Of a DNA stretch of 61,654 nt, positions 49,257 to 59,187 are shown piece by piece. Under the pieces are notes generated by a model, which was given only the letters and a program-made list of their open reading frames with translations, was not told where the DNA came from and made no database searches. Where the stretch lies: assembly GCA_021776315.1 (NCBI GenBank), contig JAJFGD010000067.1, forward strand, positions 1-61,654, read 5' to 3'. The DNA is from Hyphococcus sp. Its GTDB lineage: Bacteria; Pseudomonadota; Alphaproteobacteria; Caulobacterales; Parvularculaceae. The first letter of the stretch is position 1; each line of letters starts with the position of its first letter. A program made the translations under genes and the position numbers.

Positions 49257-50924
49257 TTATTCTTTGTGCACGACCGTCAGGTTTAAAGTGTCTGGCAAGT
49301 CTTGTGGCGACATACCAGCACCTTGTAACGCAGAAAATGCCACCGGATCTTCGGGGCTTGCACTGATTTCAAGCGTGCCACCTCTGCCAACAAAATCCGC
49401 AATAGCATCCACATAGTCTGACAGGCGTGGGCTCATTTGTGCGATCTGCATGCCCGACAACCTTATCATCGCCGGTGCCGACTGGCGAAGATCATCAGCC
49501 GTTCCGCCCATCTGTAATGCCGCAATCGCAAAAATTGCATCAAGCGCATTTTCATCTTTCAAGGTCAGCGAGAAATCATTGAAAGCACCAAGGCTGGCAA
49601 TGAGATCTTGGTCGCCACTCTCTTGGGCTTTCTCGAAGTCTTTTAGCTTCAATCCACTGAGATCAAGACCCAAGGCAAAATCCATGAACCCTTCAGTGTT
49701 TGTTGTATATTCAAGACCCGCCGCCCCAGAATTTGAGTTCCACTGCCATTGAGCAAAACCATCACCCTTAATCGCATCCATCTTGTATTCTTTCAAAACG
49801 GCGACCATCTCTTCTTCAGTTTCCGGGATATAAGCGGTCAGATCATAAACCACGCCTTTTGTTTCAACCCGAATAAGTGACGGCACTATCCAGGTAAAAT
49901 TGGCATCAGTAACAGTTGCCTCTTCAATCGTTGAAAGGCGTCGCTCACCAATAAAGGCATCAAGGTTTCGAGCGGTTATTTCGCCAAGGTCAATCAGATC
50001 GACCGCGTCCATCGGGGGTGTTTCGCCTTTTAAACCCCAATCGAGCAAGCCAGAAAAATCAATACCGCGCCATTCGAAAGACTCCATAAATACGCGCTGG
50101 TTTTCAGGGGCAATGAAATTTCGTAGCGGGCTATTCATCACTAATGCCGCTTGTGGGCCCATCGCATCACTCATTGCGGCGATGGATTGTGCGGACTGGC
50201 TAACATTATATTCGAGATCATTGGCGATAATCGCATCAAGCTTACCGCCGCCAAGTCCGACCAAGCGAATATCGGGCGCGTTCAAGCCGATCAGCGGCGC
50301 ATCATCGCTTAAATTTTCAACCTCGATGTCCTGGAAATAGAGACCGGAGAGAGAAACAGCATTAAAGAACCGTGCGCCGTCATCGCCCTCTCCATCACCT
50401 TTGAAGCCGCCCTGGCGTATGGACAGGCCATCAAATTCTACACCGCCAATGGCAAACCGGCCTTCCGACCCATCAAAACCTTCGGCAGAAACATTCAAGA
50501 ACCGAACCTTTTGCGCGACGACTTCAAAGGGCGACTGGGGCCCCGCATCTTCGGCGGTTTTCACACGGTCAATTGCTTCAAGATCTACACCATAAAATTC
50601 GGCGCGTTCCACGACGATCGCCTCGCCATCATCGCGATCGGCAAAGCGAAGGTTTGAGACCACCGTTGCCCCAAGATCATCATCAAACTCAGCACCGTCA
50701 TAGGAAGGACGTCCGCCTTCCGGTAATAACGCCAGCAATTGATCGACATCGACCGGCTCAGCATCGGAAAGTCGAAATTCCGATTCTAACGGCGAAGACG
50801 CACTAACATTTGCCGCTTCCCGACTGCTTGGTGTTTCTGGGGCGACATTGTCAGTGTCTTTCTTGCTGCACGCAACCAAGGCCAACGCGGCAATGCCCAT
50901 CAGAATGGCTTTTGAATAATTCAT
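49257..50924 (-). CDS. Large acidic hypothetical lipoprotein
   Basis: Lipobox ALVAC, AGGAG RBS, repetitive beta-strand-like segments and C-terminal GGTLEISASPEDPV. Confidence 0.75.
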   Translation of the reverse strand: MNYSKAILMGIAALALVACSKKDTDNVAPETPSSREAANVSASSPLESEFRLSDAEPVDVDQLLALLPEGGRPSYDGAEFDDDLGATVVSNLRFADRDDGEAIVVERAEFYGVDLEAIDRVKTAEDAGPQSPFEVVAQKVRFLNVSAEGFDGSEGRFAIGGVEFDGLSIRQGGFKGDGEGDDGARFFNAVSLSGLYFQDIEVENLSDDAPLIGLNAPDIRLVGLGGGKLDAIIANDLEYNVSQSAQSIAAMSDAMGPQAALVMNSPLRNFIAPENQRVFMESFEWRGIDFSGLLDWGLKGETPPMDAVDLIDLGEITARNLDAFIGERRLSTIEEATVTDANFTWIVPSLIRVETKGVVYDLTAYIPETEEEMVAVLKEYKMDAIKGDGFAQWQWNSNSGAAGLEYTTNTEGFMDFALGLDLSGLKLKDFEKAQESGDQDLIASLGAFNDFSLTLKDENALDAIFAIAALQMGGTADDLRQSAPAMIRLSGMQIAQMSPRLSDYVDAIADFVGRGGTLEISASPEDPVAFSALQGAGMSPQDLPDTLNLTVVHKE

Positions 50925-51011
50925 GAAGTGAAACTCCTAGATCTGAAATACTGAATTGAGCCGCTTGATCGAGACCGCCGTCCTACGCGGGGCCACCAAA
51001 CGGCGCAAGCA

Positions 51012-51617
51012 TTAGCGAATGGCTGATTCCACCAATCGGACGGCCTCTGGACTTGTCCAATCCGCATCGCCAATTAAACGCCCGATTTCATTACCTTTTG
51101 CATCATAAAGAATGCTCACCGGCAGAACATTTGCGCCACCGATGGCTGAGGCGAAAATCAAACGAGGATCCGCATAAAGCTTGAGATTGGCGATTTTAAG
51201 CCGATCCAAATATTCTTGAGCGACTTCCGGGCCTCGTGGGTCCGCGGCTATGGCCACCACTTCAAATTTGCGCCCGCCAAGCTGATCTTGAAGCGCATCA
51301 AGGGATGGCAGCTCTTTCAGGCACGGCGCGCACCATGTCGCCCAAAAATTCACCAAAATGACCTTACCCCGAAAATCGGATAGGCGAACTGCGCTCCCTT
51401 CATAGTCAAAGGCAATATCGGGCGCTCCCCGCGGCGGGAAGGCATATTCAAAATCTGCCATTTCACCGACCAACAAACGACGATCTAACTCGAGGGCAGA
51501 GGGAGCATTGTCATTGCCTGGCTGGACGCTAGCGGCAATCATCAAGTACAAAAGCGCCGCGATGCCAATGGCACCCCAAGCGACCAGCCAAAATCGCAGC
51601 TGTTTAAATATCTCCAC
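51012..51617 (-). CDS. tlpA: TlpA-family thiol-disulfide oxidoreductase
   Basis: N-terminal TM and [16 protein letters not shown]; divergent from argH. Confidence 0.9.
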   Translation of the reverse strand: MEIFKQLRFWLVAWGAIGIAALLYLMIAASVQPGNDNAPSALELDRRLLVGEMADFEYAFPPRGAPDIAFDYEGSAVRLSDFRGKVILVNFWATWCAPCLKELPSLDALQDQLGGRKFEVVAIAADPRGPEVAQEYLDRLKIANLKLYADPRLIFASAIGGANVLPVSILYDAKGNEIGRLIGDADWTSPEAVRLVESAIR

Positions 51618-51649
51618 AAAGATGCTCCATTCAGAAAAAACGTATTTCT

Positions 51650-53050
51650 ATGAAAAATAAGACCGAAACCAAAGAAAACCAAATGTGGGGCGGGAGATTT
51701 TCTCGTGGCCCGACAGCCATAATGGAAGAAATCAACGCGTCAATCGATATTGATAAGCGATTATGGCGTGAAGATATTGCTGGATCAAAGGCCCATGTGG
51801 CGATGCTTGAAGCTACGGGTATCATTTCACATGATGATAAAACCGCCATTGACCAAGGCCTTAATCAAATCGCCAAAGAGATAGAGGGCGGCACATTCGA
51901 ATTCTCCAAAAGCCTGGAAGACATTCATATGAATATCGAGGCACGGTTGAAGGATATTATCGGTGCTCCCGCCGGTCGCTTGCACACAGCGCGCTCGCGC
52001 AATGATCAAGTGGCAACAGATTTCCGGTTGTGGGTGCGCCGCGCCTGTGACGATACCCAAGCAGCTCTTAAGACCTTGATGCACGCACTGGCGACGGCGG
52101 CTACAGAAAATGCCGATACGGTCATGCCAGGCTTTACGCATTTGCAAACAGCGCAACCTGTCACCTTTGGTCACCACTTACTCGCTTATGTTGAAATGTT
52201 CGCGCGCGATGCCAGTCGCTTCTCCGATGCGCGCAAGCGGATGAACGAATGCCCGCTTGGTGCGGCAGCATTAGCAGGTACGGCATTCCCAATTGATCGC
52301 CAAGCAACCGCATCTGCGCTTGGGTTTGATCGACCAACTGCCAATTCGCTGGATTCTGTTTCATCGCGTGATTTCGCATTAGAAGCTCTTGGTGCGGCGT
52401 CCATTACCGCCACACATCTTTCGCGCTTGGCGGAAGAACTTGTAATGTGGACGTCACCCCATTTTGGTTTCGTGACGCTATCCGATAGTTTTTCTACGGG
52501 TTCTTCGATAATGCCTCAAAAGCGAAACCCCGATGCGGCAGAATTGGTTCGCGCAAAGGCTGGTCGTATTATCGGGTCATTGAACAATCTATTGATTGTC
52601 ATGAAAGGTCTTCCCCTCGCCTATGCTAAAGATATGCAAGAAGACAAAGCCACGACATTTGAAGGTTTTGATGCCCTAGCATTAGCGTTAGCGGCTATGG
52701 CTGGCATGATCGGCGACCTCAAGCCCAACAAAGAAGCGATGAAAGATGCAGCCAAATTAGGCTATTCAACCGCGACGGATATCGCCGATTGGTTGGTTCG
52801 GGTCTTGGATATGCCATTTCGCGATGCCCATCATGTTACGGGTGCCGTCGTTGCTTTGGCGGAGAAAAAATCTGTGACCCTTGATCAGCTGGCACTAAAA
52901 GATATGCAAAGCATTGAGCCGCGCATCACCAATGATATTTTTTCCATTTTAACGGTTGACGCTTCAGCCGCCTCACGCACATCTTACGGTGGCACCGCAC
53001 CCGACAATGTCAAACAAGAGGCAGATCGTTGGCTTGCGGCCCTTAAATAG
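51650..53050 (+). CDS. argH: Argininosuccinate lyase
   Basis: [30 protein letters not shown] and [12 protein letters not shown] motifs. Confidence 0.98.
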   Translation: MKNKTETKENQMWGGRFSRGPTAIMEEINASIDIDKRLWREDIAGSKAHVAMLEATGIISHDDKTAIDQGLNQIAKEIEGGTFEFSKSLEDIHMNIEARLKDIIGAPAGRLHTARSRNDQVATDFRLWVRRACDDTQAALKTLMHALATAATENADTVMPGFTHLQTAQPVTFGHHLLAYVEMFARDASRFSDARKRMNECPLGAAALAGTAFPIDRQATASALGFDRPTANSLDSVSSRDFALEALGAASITATHLSRLAEELVMWTSPHFGFVTLSDSFSTGSSIMPQKRNPDAAELVRAKAGRIIGSLNNLLIVMKGLPLAYAKDMQEDKATTFEGFDALALALAAMAGMIGDLKPNKEAMKDAAKLGYSTATDIADWLVRVLDMPFRDAHHVTGAVVALAEKKSVTLDQLALKDMQSIEPRITNDIFSILTVDASAASRTSYGGTAPDNVKQEADRWLAALK

Positions 53051-53060
53051 GAGAATTCAC

Positions 53061-53168
53061 ATGCGGGCAATTGTACTCATTATGACATTAGTTTTTGCTG
53101 TATCTGCATGCGGAAAAAAGGCACCTTTACGTCCGCCAGAAGAGCCCGATACCTATTTCGCGCAGTAA
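53061..53168 (+). CDS. lptM: Small lipoprotein LptM/LppL family
   Basis: AGGAGA RBS; MRAIVLIMTLVFAVSACGKKAPLRPP resembles the CGxKGPLxxP motif; lies between argH and lysA. Confidence 0.8.
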   Translation: MRAIVLIMTLVFAVSACGKKAPLRPPEEPDTYFAQ

Positions 53169-53171
53169 ACC

Positions 53172-54431
53172 GTGCATCATTTTCAATATCGTGAGAACCG
53201 ACTGTTCGCTGAGGATGTCGACCTAACGGCGCTTGCCGAACAAATCGGCACCCCGTTTTACGTTTATTCAGAAGCGACATTACGTCGTCATATGCGCGTA
53301 TTTAGACAGGCATTCGAACACACAGATGCGCTTATTGCTTATGCCGTTAAGGCAAATCCCAATTTGGCAGTTTTAAAAATTCTTGCCCGCGAAGGAGCGG
53401 GTGCCGATGTCGTCTCGGGCGGCGAACTCCAACGTGCTTTGGAAGCTAGCATTTCGCCCGAGAAGATTGTGTTTTCCGGTGTCGCCAAAACTTTTGATGA
53501 AATCAACGCCGCCATAGATGTGGGCATTTATCAGTTCAACGTCGAATCCGAACCGGAATTGGAAGCGATCGCCAAGATCGCTCGCGCCCGTCAGACCACG
53601 GCACCAATCGCATTGCGCATCAATCCTGATGTGTCTGCAGGTGGTCACGAAAAAATCTCTACAGGACGCACAGAAGACAAGTTCGGCGTACCGTGGTCGA
53701 TGGCCCGGTCGCTATATGGGAAAGCTCGCGCACTTGAGGGGGTCGCCATTAAAGGCGTAGATGTTCACATCGGCTCTCAGATAGCAGAGCTCGCTCCGTT
53801 TGAAAGTGCCTTTAAAAAAATTGCAACGCTAATCGCCGACCTGCGCGCTGATGGCTGCCCCATCGAGCGGTTAGATCTCGGCGGCGGCTTAGGTATTCCT
53901 TATGGAGAAGGGGTAACGCCGCCGCACCCCAAAGATTATGCGGAAATGATCACGCGCGTTACAAAACCATTAGATGTTCAGCTTATTTTTGAACCAGGTC
54001 GCATGATCGCTGGCAATGCCGGCGTTCTGGTTACGCGCGTCGTTTATGTCAAAGAAAGCATCGACAGGAAATTTTTAATCGTCGATGCTGGCATGAATGA
54101 CCTCATGCGCCCTGCGCTTTATGATGCCTGGCACGACATATGGCCTGTCGAAAAAACGGAACGCGACATAACGGAGTATGACGTCGTAGGCCCGGTATGC
54201 GAGTCCAGTGATCGCTTTGCGAAAGCGCGTTCCCTGCCCGAATTATTGCCAAGCGAATTAGTCTCGATCATGTCGACGGGTGCATACGGGGCGGCTCAAA
54301 CATCTCAATATAATTCCCGCCCACTCATCCCGGAAATACTAGTGCATCACGATCAGCACGCAGTTATTCGGCAGCGCCCCAGTTTTCAAAAAATGATCGA
54401 AAGTGAAGTCATACCCACCTGGCTCGTTTAA
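53172..54431 (+). CDS. lysA: Diaminopimelate decarboxylase
   Basis: YAVKAN (PLP Lys), HIGSQ, DLGGGLG, EPGR and GPVCESSD motifs. Confidence 0.97.
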   Translation: MHHFQYRENRLFAEDVDLTALAEQIGTPFYVYSEATLRRHMRVFRQAFEHTDALIAYAVKANPNLAVLKILAREGAGADVVSGGELQRALEASISPEKIVFSGVAKTFDEINAAIDVGIYQFNVESEPELEAIAKIARARQTTAPIALRINPDVSAGGHEKISTGRTEDKFGVPWSMARSLYGKARALEGVAIKGVDVHIGSQIAELAPFESAFKKIATLIADLRADGCPIERLDLGGGLGIPYGEGVTPPHPKDYAEMITRVTKPLDVQLIFEPGRMIAGNAGVLVTRVVYVKESIDRKFLIVDAGMNDLMRPALYDAWHDIWPVEKTERDITEYDVVGPVCESSDRFAKARSLPELLPSELVSIMSTGAYGAAQTSQYNSRPLIPEILVHHDQHAVIRQRPSFQKMIESEVIPTWLV

Positions 54432-54802
54432 AGCATGCCGGCAATCAAGAAATTATTATAAACGACCATCGCATTTCCGAGCGTTGCAATTGTAAAAAAG
54501 CCGATCACGATCCAATGGGGAAACCACAGTACCATGAAGCTAATCACCCCTTGCAAAGCAAGTTTGGCAAGCATCCATCCAGAACCTGCATGTTCCATCA
54601 AGGTCCGGATGAAAGGGTTGGATTCATATCCAGCGCCCGATGAGATCGCATAGTTGGTGGAAAAAATATCAGCGAAGCCAACTAGGTTATAGATGATCAC
54701 AACGGCGATGGCCGCCCGACGCCCAATGATAGACGACCGCGACTTTTGCGCGTCTTCCCCTAGTTTCTTGCGGCGTTTCGCATTTGCGAGCGACCAGACC
54801 AA
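54428..54802 (-). CDS. DUF5658-like small membrane protein
   Basis: ADIFSTNYAISSGAGYESNPF (D...T...G..E.NP) and three TMs; GGGAGGGG RBS precedes a TTG start. Confidence 0.65.
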   Translation of the reverse strand: MVWSLANAKRRKKLGEDAQKSRSSIIGRRAAIAVVIIYNLVGFADIFSTNYAISSGAGYESNPFIRTLMEHAGSGWMLAKLALQGVISFMVLWFPHWIVIGFFTIATLGNAMVVYNNFLIAGML

Positions 54803-54922
54803 ATTCCCCTCCCGGCATTAACCATTTTTGCCGCCTGTAACGACAATATGTGCCTTGCTTACGACAAAGAGGGCGCAGTGCAAGTCGACGCCGTCTTTTC
54901 TCCACGCTATGGTGCAAGAAGT

Positions 54923-57385
54923 ATGACGAGTGAGTTTGAAACACCGCCTATTCGCAAGAAACAGCGGCGCAGCAATCCTGCGCCGGGTGCGCTGTCGATT
55001 TTCACCACCCGCTTTGTACTGTTTTGGGAAGAATTCTGGCCAGCAATCCTACCTGCACTGGCCATTCCCTATATCCTCGCCGTCATCAGCCTTTTTGGAC
55101 TTTGGCAATATGTGCCAGCATGGCTCCATTGGTGTACTTTGGCACTGGCCGTCGCTGCGCTGGGAAATAGGTTGTGGCGCGACACCCGGCACCTTCGATT
55201 TCCGTCCAGACGAAAAGCACAAGCGCGCCTAGAAGAAGACGGCAAAGCGAGCCATGCGCCATTGCAAGCGCTTGATGATGTGCCGTTCCAGTCTGAAAAC
55301 GCCAACGCGCTTTGGAACGCACATCAAAAAGCAAGTCGGATTCGCGCCCGCCAAGCGCGCCTAGCAGGCATCCGCCCAACAGCTGATGACCGTGATCCCT
55401 ATGCCCTGCGTTTCACGGCGCTCGGCTTACTTGCCGTTGCGTTTGTCGCCGCGGGCAATAATTGGCAAGATCGGTTACAATTAGCGTTTGCGCCAGGTCA
55501 GGCCAATGCCGCTAACAGCCATATTGCTGATCTGTGGATTGAGCCGCCGGAATATACCGGCAAGCCACCGATCTATTTGATGCGGCCTGGTGATAAACTG
55601 GTTGAGATTGCAGAACAGGTGAATGTGCCTGAAGGATCTGTATTAATCGCACAAATCAACGGCCGTGGTCGCCCAGCACTATTCTTTGAAGACAAAACTG
55701 GAAAAACTGAAGCCACTTTCGAGCGCAGTACTGGAGCGTCTCGGGCAGAATTAGCCTTAACGAAAAGCGGCTTAGTGCAACTCCGTCTTGGTAGCGACTA
55801 TATGCGTTGGCCTGTGGCGGTTATTAGCGACGTCCCGCCCCGCGTTAGCTTTGAAGAGAAACCTGCGCCCACAGACGAGGGATTGGTCGGATTTACCATC
55901 GCAACCTTTGATGATTACGGCATTGTGCACGCGCAACTACAATTTCGTCTCGATCCAGAACAAGAACGCCCTCTGGACGCCGCCCCTTTTGATGACGCCG
56001 CGATGGCGGTTGTTCGGACGACGGAAATAAACGGTATTGCACGAGGAAACAGCCAACAAGCGATCAATCTTGAGCTTCAAGAAGACCCTTGGGCTGGCTT
56101 GACTGTATTGGCGAAGGTCGCCGTTTTGGATGGCGCTGGTCAACCTGGTGAAACCGAAGAAGTGCCAGTTCTCTTACCGACGCGTCCATTTTTTAATCCG
56201 CTTGCAAAATCAGTAATCGAACAGCGCCAGGCACTTTCCGTTGCCGCTGAGGCTTGGCAACGCGTGGGGCGCTCTTTTGATGCACTGACGCTTGCACCAG
56301 AAGCTTTTTACACTGATGACCCAACTGATTTCTTGATGCTACGCGCCGCATTTTGGCGCATCATGCGCCAAGATGGCGAAGATTATGATGACGCGATTGA
56401 AAACTTTTGGCCGTTAGCATTGCAGCTTGAAGATGAAGCCCTTGAGCTTGCGCGACAACGCCTGGAAGCAGCCGAAGAAGCCCTGCGGCAAGCATTGGAG
56501 AACGGTGCGAGTGACGCAGAAATTGACCGGCTCGTCGAGGAGTTACGTCAGGCCATGAATGATTACCTGACGGCCCTAGCACAGTCAGGCCAAGCCGCAC
56601 CATCATCACAATCGCAGAACACGCAACAGCTCGAGCAATCTGACCTTGATCAAATGCTTGATTCCATCCGTGACCTCGCCCAGTCCGGCGCGGAAAATGC
56701 AGCACGGCAAATGCTTTCCGACCTTGAAAACATGTTGAACAATTTGCGTCTTAGCCAAGGTGCGCAAGGCAGTGGCCAAGGCGAGCCAGGTCAAAATGGC
56801 CAACAAAGTGGTGAAGGCGATAATAGCGCATCGGGTCAAGCCGGCGAGTTGATTGGTCGGCAACGGTCTTTGGCCGATGAGACTTTTGAGCGGGGACAAT
56901 CAGGCGCACCAGAACGCAGCGATGATCTAGCAGAACAACAAAGTGGACTAGGTGGTGAACTTGATGAGTTGATCGACGAATTAAGCAGCGATGAAGGTGC
57001 CGACCCAGAAGGTAATGGCGCACGATCCTTCTCCCAAGCTCGCAACGACATGCGCGAGGCGGAGCAAGCGCTTGGCAATGGCGATTTGGATGCCGCCGCA
57101 AGCGCAATGGAACGCGCAATCGGCAATTTGCGCGACGGTGCGGAGGAAATAGCGCGCGAACAAATGCGTCAGGCTGGCGAGGGCACTGAAGGGGAAAATG
57201 GCGGTCCGCTTGATCCGCTAGGACGCCCTACTGGCCGCGCCAATGGCGAAGGCGTAGAAGTACCCGAGGAAACTGATGCGGGGCGCACAAGAGCCGTTAT
57301 TGAGGAATTGAGACGGCGGCTCGGGGAGCCAGGTCGATCACAAGAAGAGATCGATTATCTAGAACGACTACTTGAACGGTTTTAG
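54923..57385 (+). CDS. TIGR02302/DUF4175 family membrane-anchored coiled-coil protein
   Basis: N-terminal TMs, RDPYALR, WIEPPEYTGKPPIY, DDYG, DPLGRP and EIDYLERLL motifs; follows lysA. Confidence 0.88.
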   Translation: MTSEFETPPIRKKQRRSNPAPGALSIFTTRFVLFWEEFWPAILPALAIPYILAVISLFGLWQYVPAWLHWCTLALAVAALGNRLWRDTRHLRFPSRRKAQARLEEDGKASHAPLQALDDVPFQSENANALWNAHQKASRIRARQARLAGIRPTADDRDPYALRFTALGLLAVAFVAAGNNWQDRLQLAFAPGQANAANSHIADLWIEPPEYTGKPPIYLMRPGDKLVEIAEQVNVPEGSVLIAQINGRGRPALFFEDKTGKTEATFERSTGASRAELALTKSGLVQLRLGSDYMRWPVAVISDVPPRVSFEEKPAPTDEGLVGFTIATFDDYGIVHAQLQFRLDPEQERPLDAAPFDDAAMAVVRTTEINGIARGNSQQAINLELQEDPWAGLTVLAKVAVLDGAGQPGETEEVPVLLPTRPFFNPLAKSVIEQRQALSVAAEAWQRVGRSFDALTLAPEAFYTDDPTDFLMLRAAFWRIMRQDGEDYDDAIENFWPLALQLEDEALELARQRLEAAEEALRQALENGASDAEIDRLVEELRQAMNDYLTALAQSGQAAPSSQSQNTQQLEQSDLDQMLDSIRDLAQSGAENAARQMLSDLENMLNNLRLSQGAQGSGQGEPGQNGQQSGEGDNSASGQAGELIGRQRSLADETFERGQSGAPERSDDLAEQQSGLGGELDELIDELSSDEGADPEGNGARSFSQARNDMREAEQALGNGDLDAAASAMERAIGNLRDGAEEIAREQMRQAGEGTEGENGGPLDPLGRPTGRANGEGVEVPEETDAGRTRAVIEELRRRLGEPGRSQEEIDYLERLLERF

Positions 57386-57436
57386 ACACAGACCAAACAG
57401 CCTATGATGCCTTACTCATCGAATGGAGGCGCATAG

Positions 57437-58681
57437 GTGACTGCGGATCAACAACAAGAAAAAATGGCCTTAACCCGGCGTCGCCTTTTACAAGCTGGCG
57501 GCTTTGGGGCGGCGCTCGGCATGCCCATTCCGTTCCTAAACAATCTCCCGCGAGGACTAATACCCGTTGCATTGGCACAAGGTGACAAAGGAGCCCTCTC
57601 GCAAAAGCCAGGGCTCACCCTGCTTAGTGACCGGCCGCTCAACATGGAGACACCGCCCCACTTGCTGAGCGATGCGGTAACGCCTGGTGCGCGAATGTTT
57701 GTACGCAATAATGGCCTCGCTCCAACCTTAACATCCGATGATATTAAAAATTGGCGACTTACTATTGACGGAGAGGTAGCCGCGCCGCTCACATTATCGA
57801 TCGATGATCTACGACGTGATTTTGAGACCGTAACACTCCGCCTACAGATTGAATGCGCGGGCAATGGACGGCGCTTCGTAAAACCAGGCGCAAGAGGTAA
57901 TCAATGGACTTTCGGCGCGATCAGTTGCGCAGAATGGACAGGTGTTCGCCTTCGCGATATTTTGGCGCGTGCCGGGTTAAAGGACAACGCGGTATATAGT
58001 GCCCATTATGGGGCCGACACACATCTATCTGGCGACCCGGATAAATTTCCACTTTCTCGAGGTCTACCGATCACAAAGGCGCTTGAGCCGCATACGATCA
58101 TCGCCCATTCTATGAATGGTGGAAATATCCCCGACCTAAACGGTCACCCATTACGCCTAGTTGCATCCGGGTGGCCCGGATCATGTTCACAAAAATGGTT
58201 GAACCGCATTGAAATTCGCGACCGTGTTCATGACGGCGCAAAAATGACGGGGCAATCCTATCGCGTACCAGCTTATCCTGTCGCACCCGGAACGCCCGTG
58301 CCTGATGAAGACATGGAAATCATTCAATCAATGCCCGTCAAATCACTGATCACGGCGCCGCAAACAGGCGCGCGTGTCACAGCCGATGACGGCATTCGGG
58401 TACAAGGACACGCTTGGGCTGGCGACAATGCCGTTGATAAAGTCGAGGTCTCAATCGACTTCGGAACCTCATGGCAACCTACTCGATTGCAAGCTCCAAG
58501 CAATCGATTTGCATGGCAACAATGGAATGCCGATATTGCTTTCCCGCAAGCTGGTTATTTCGAAATATGGGCGCGTGCTACAGATGATTTAGGTCGCACG
58601 CAACCCGCAACAACACCGGGTTGGAATCCGCGCGGCTATCTCAACAATATGCAGCATCGTATTGCGGTGTTTGCCCTGTGA
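57437..58681 (+). CDS. Tat-exported sulfite oxidase family molybdoenzyme (SorA/SorT-like)
   Basis: Tat motif TRRRLL, FVRNNG, Moco Cys IECAGNGR, GHPLRLV, QKWL and WNPRGYLNN. Confidence 0.9.
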   Translation: MTADQQQEKMALTRRRLLQAGGFGAALGMPIPFLNNLPRGLIPVALAQGDKGALSQKPGLTLLSDRPLNMETPPHLLSDAVTPGARMFVRNNGLAPTLTSDDIKNWRLTIDGEVAAPLTLSIDDLRRDFETVTLRLQIECAGNGRRFVKPGARGNQWTFGAISCAEWTGVRLRDILARAGLKDNAVYSAHYGADTHLSGDPDKFPLSRGLPITKALEPHTIIAHSMNGGNIPDLNGHPLRLVASGWPGSCSQKWLNRIEIRDRVHDGAKMTGQSYRVPAYPVAPGTPVPDEDMEIIQSMPVKSLITAPQTGARVTADDGIRVQGHAWAGDNAVDKVEVSIDFGTSWQPTRLQAPSNRFAWQQWNADIAFPQAGYFEIWARATDDLGRTQPATTPGWNPRGYLNNMQHRIAVFAL

Positions 58682-59181
58682 TGTCGGCTCATCATTTCCT
58701 CACGCGATTGCTCATGATTATCGTCATGGTTGGGTGCGTTCTTGGTTTAATGAACCTGACCGGTAGCAATAGCGATTCCCGAAGCGCAAACCATGCCGAA
58801 GATGGCGGTCACACTGCGCACCCGACCACTCAAGCAGCACGCATAGAAATGATGGCGACACATTGGGATGGCGCTGTCAATTTTTATATGCCCTATGCTG
58901 CCCTGGCACCTCTTTCAGCCCCGGATTCTGCTCAACTCGACATTCGTTTTAATCCGGGTGATGACTATTGGGGCCTACCACGCAGCGAGGGCGTTGATAC
59001 CGTCGCTGGCTTATGCGGCGTTTGTCACTCCCTCGCCATCGTCATGCAACAAAGACAATCCGAAGAAGGATGGAATTACTTATTCGATTGGATGATTGAA
59101 AAACAAGGCATGGCACCAATTGCGGGCGAAATGCGCGATGACATCATCACCTATCTTTCAAGAGAGTTTGGACAAGAATAA
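58681..59181 (+). CDS. Monoheme cytochrome c, probable partner of the sulfite oxidase family enzyme
   Basis: CGVCH heme motif, WMIEKQGM and an N-terminal TM; TGATG overlap with the upstream gene. Confidence 0.82.
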   Translation: MSAHHFLTRLLMIIVMVGCVLGLMNLTGSNSDSRSANHAEDGGHTAHPTTQAARIEMMATHWDGAVNFYMPYAALAPLSAPDSAQLDIRFNPGDDYWGLPRSEGVDTVAGLCGVCHSLAIVMQQRQSEEGWNYLFDWMIEKQGMAPIAGEMRDDIITYLSREFGQE

Positions 59182-59187
59182 CCGAAA

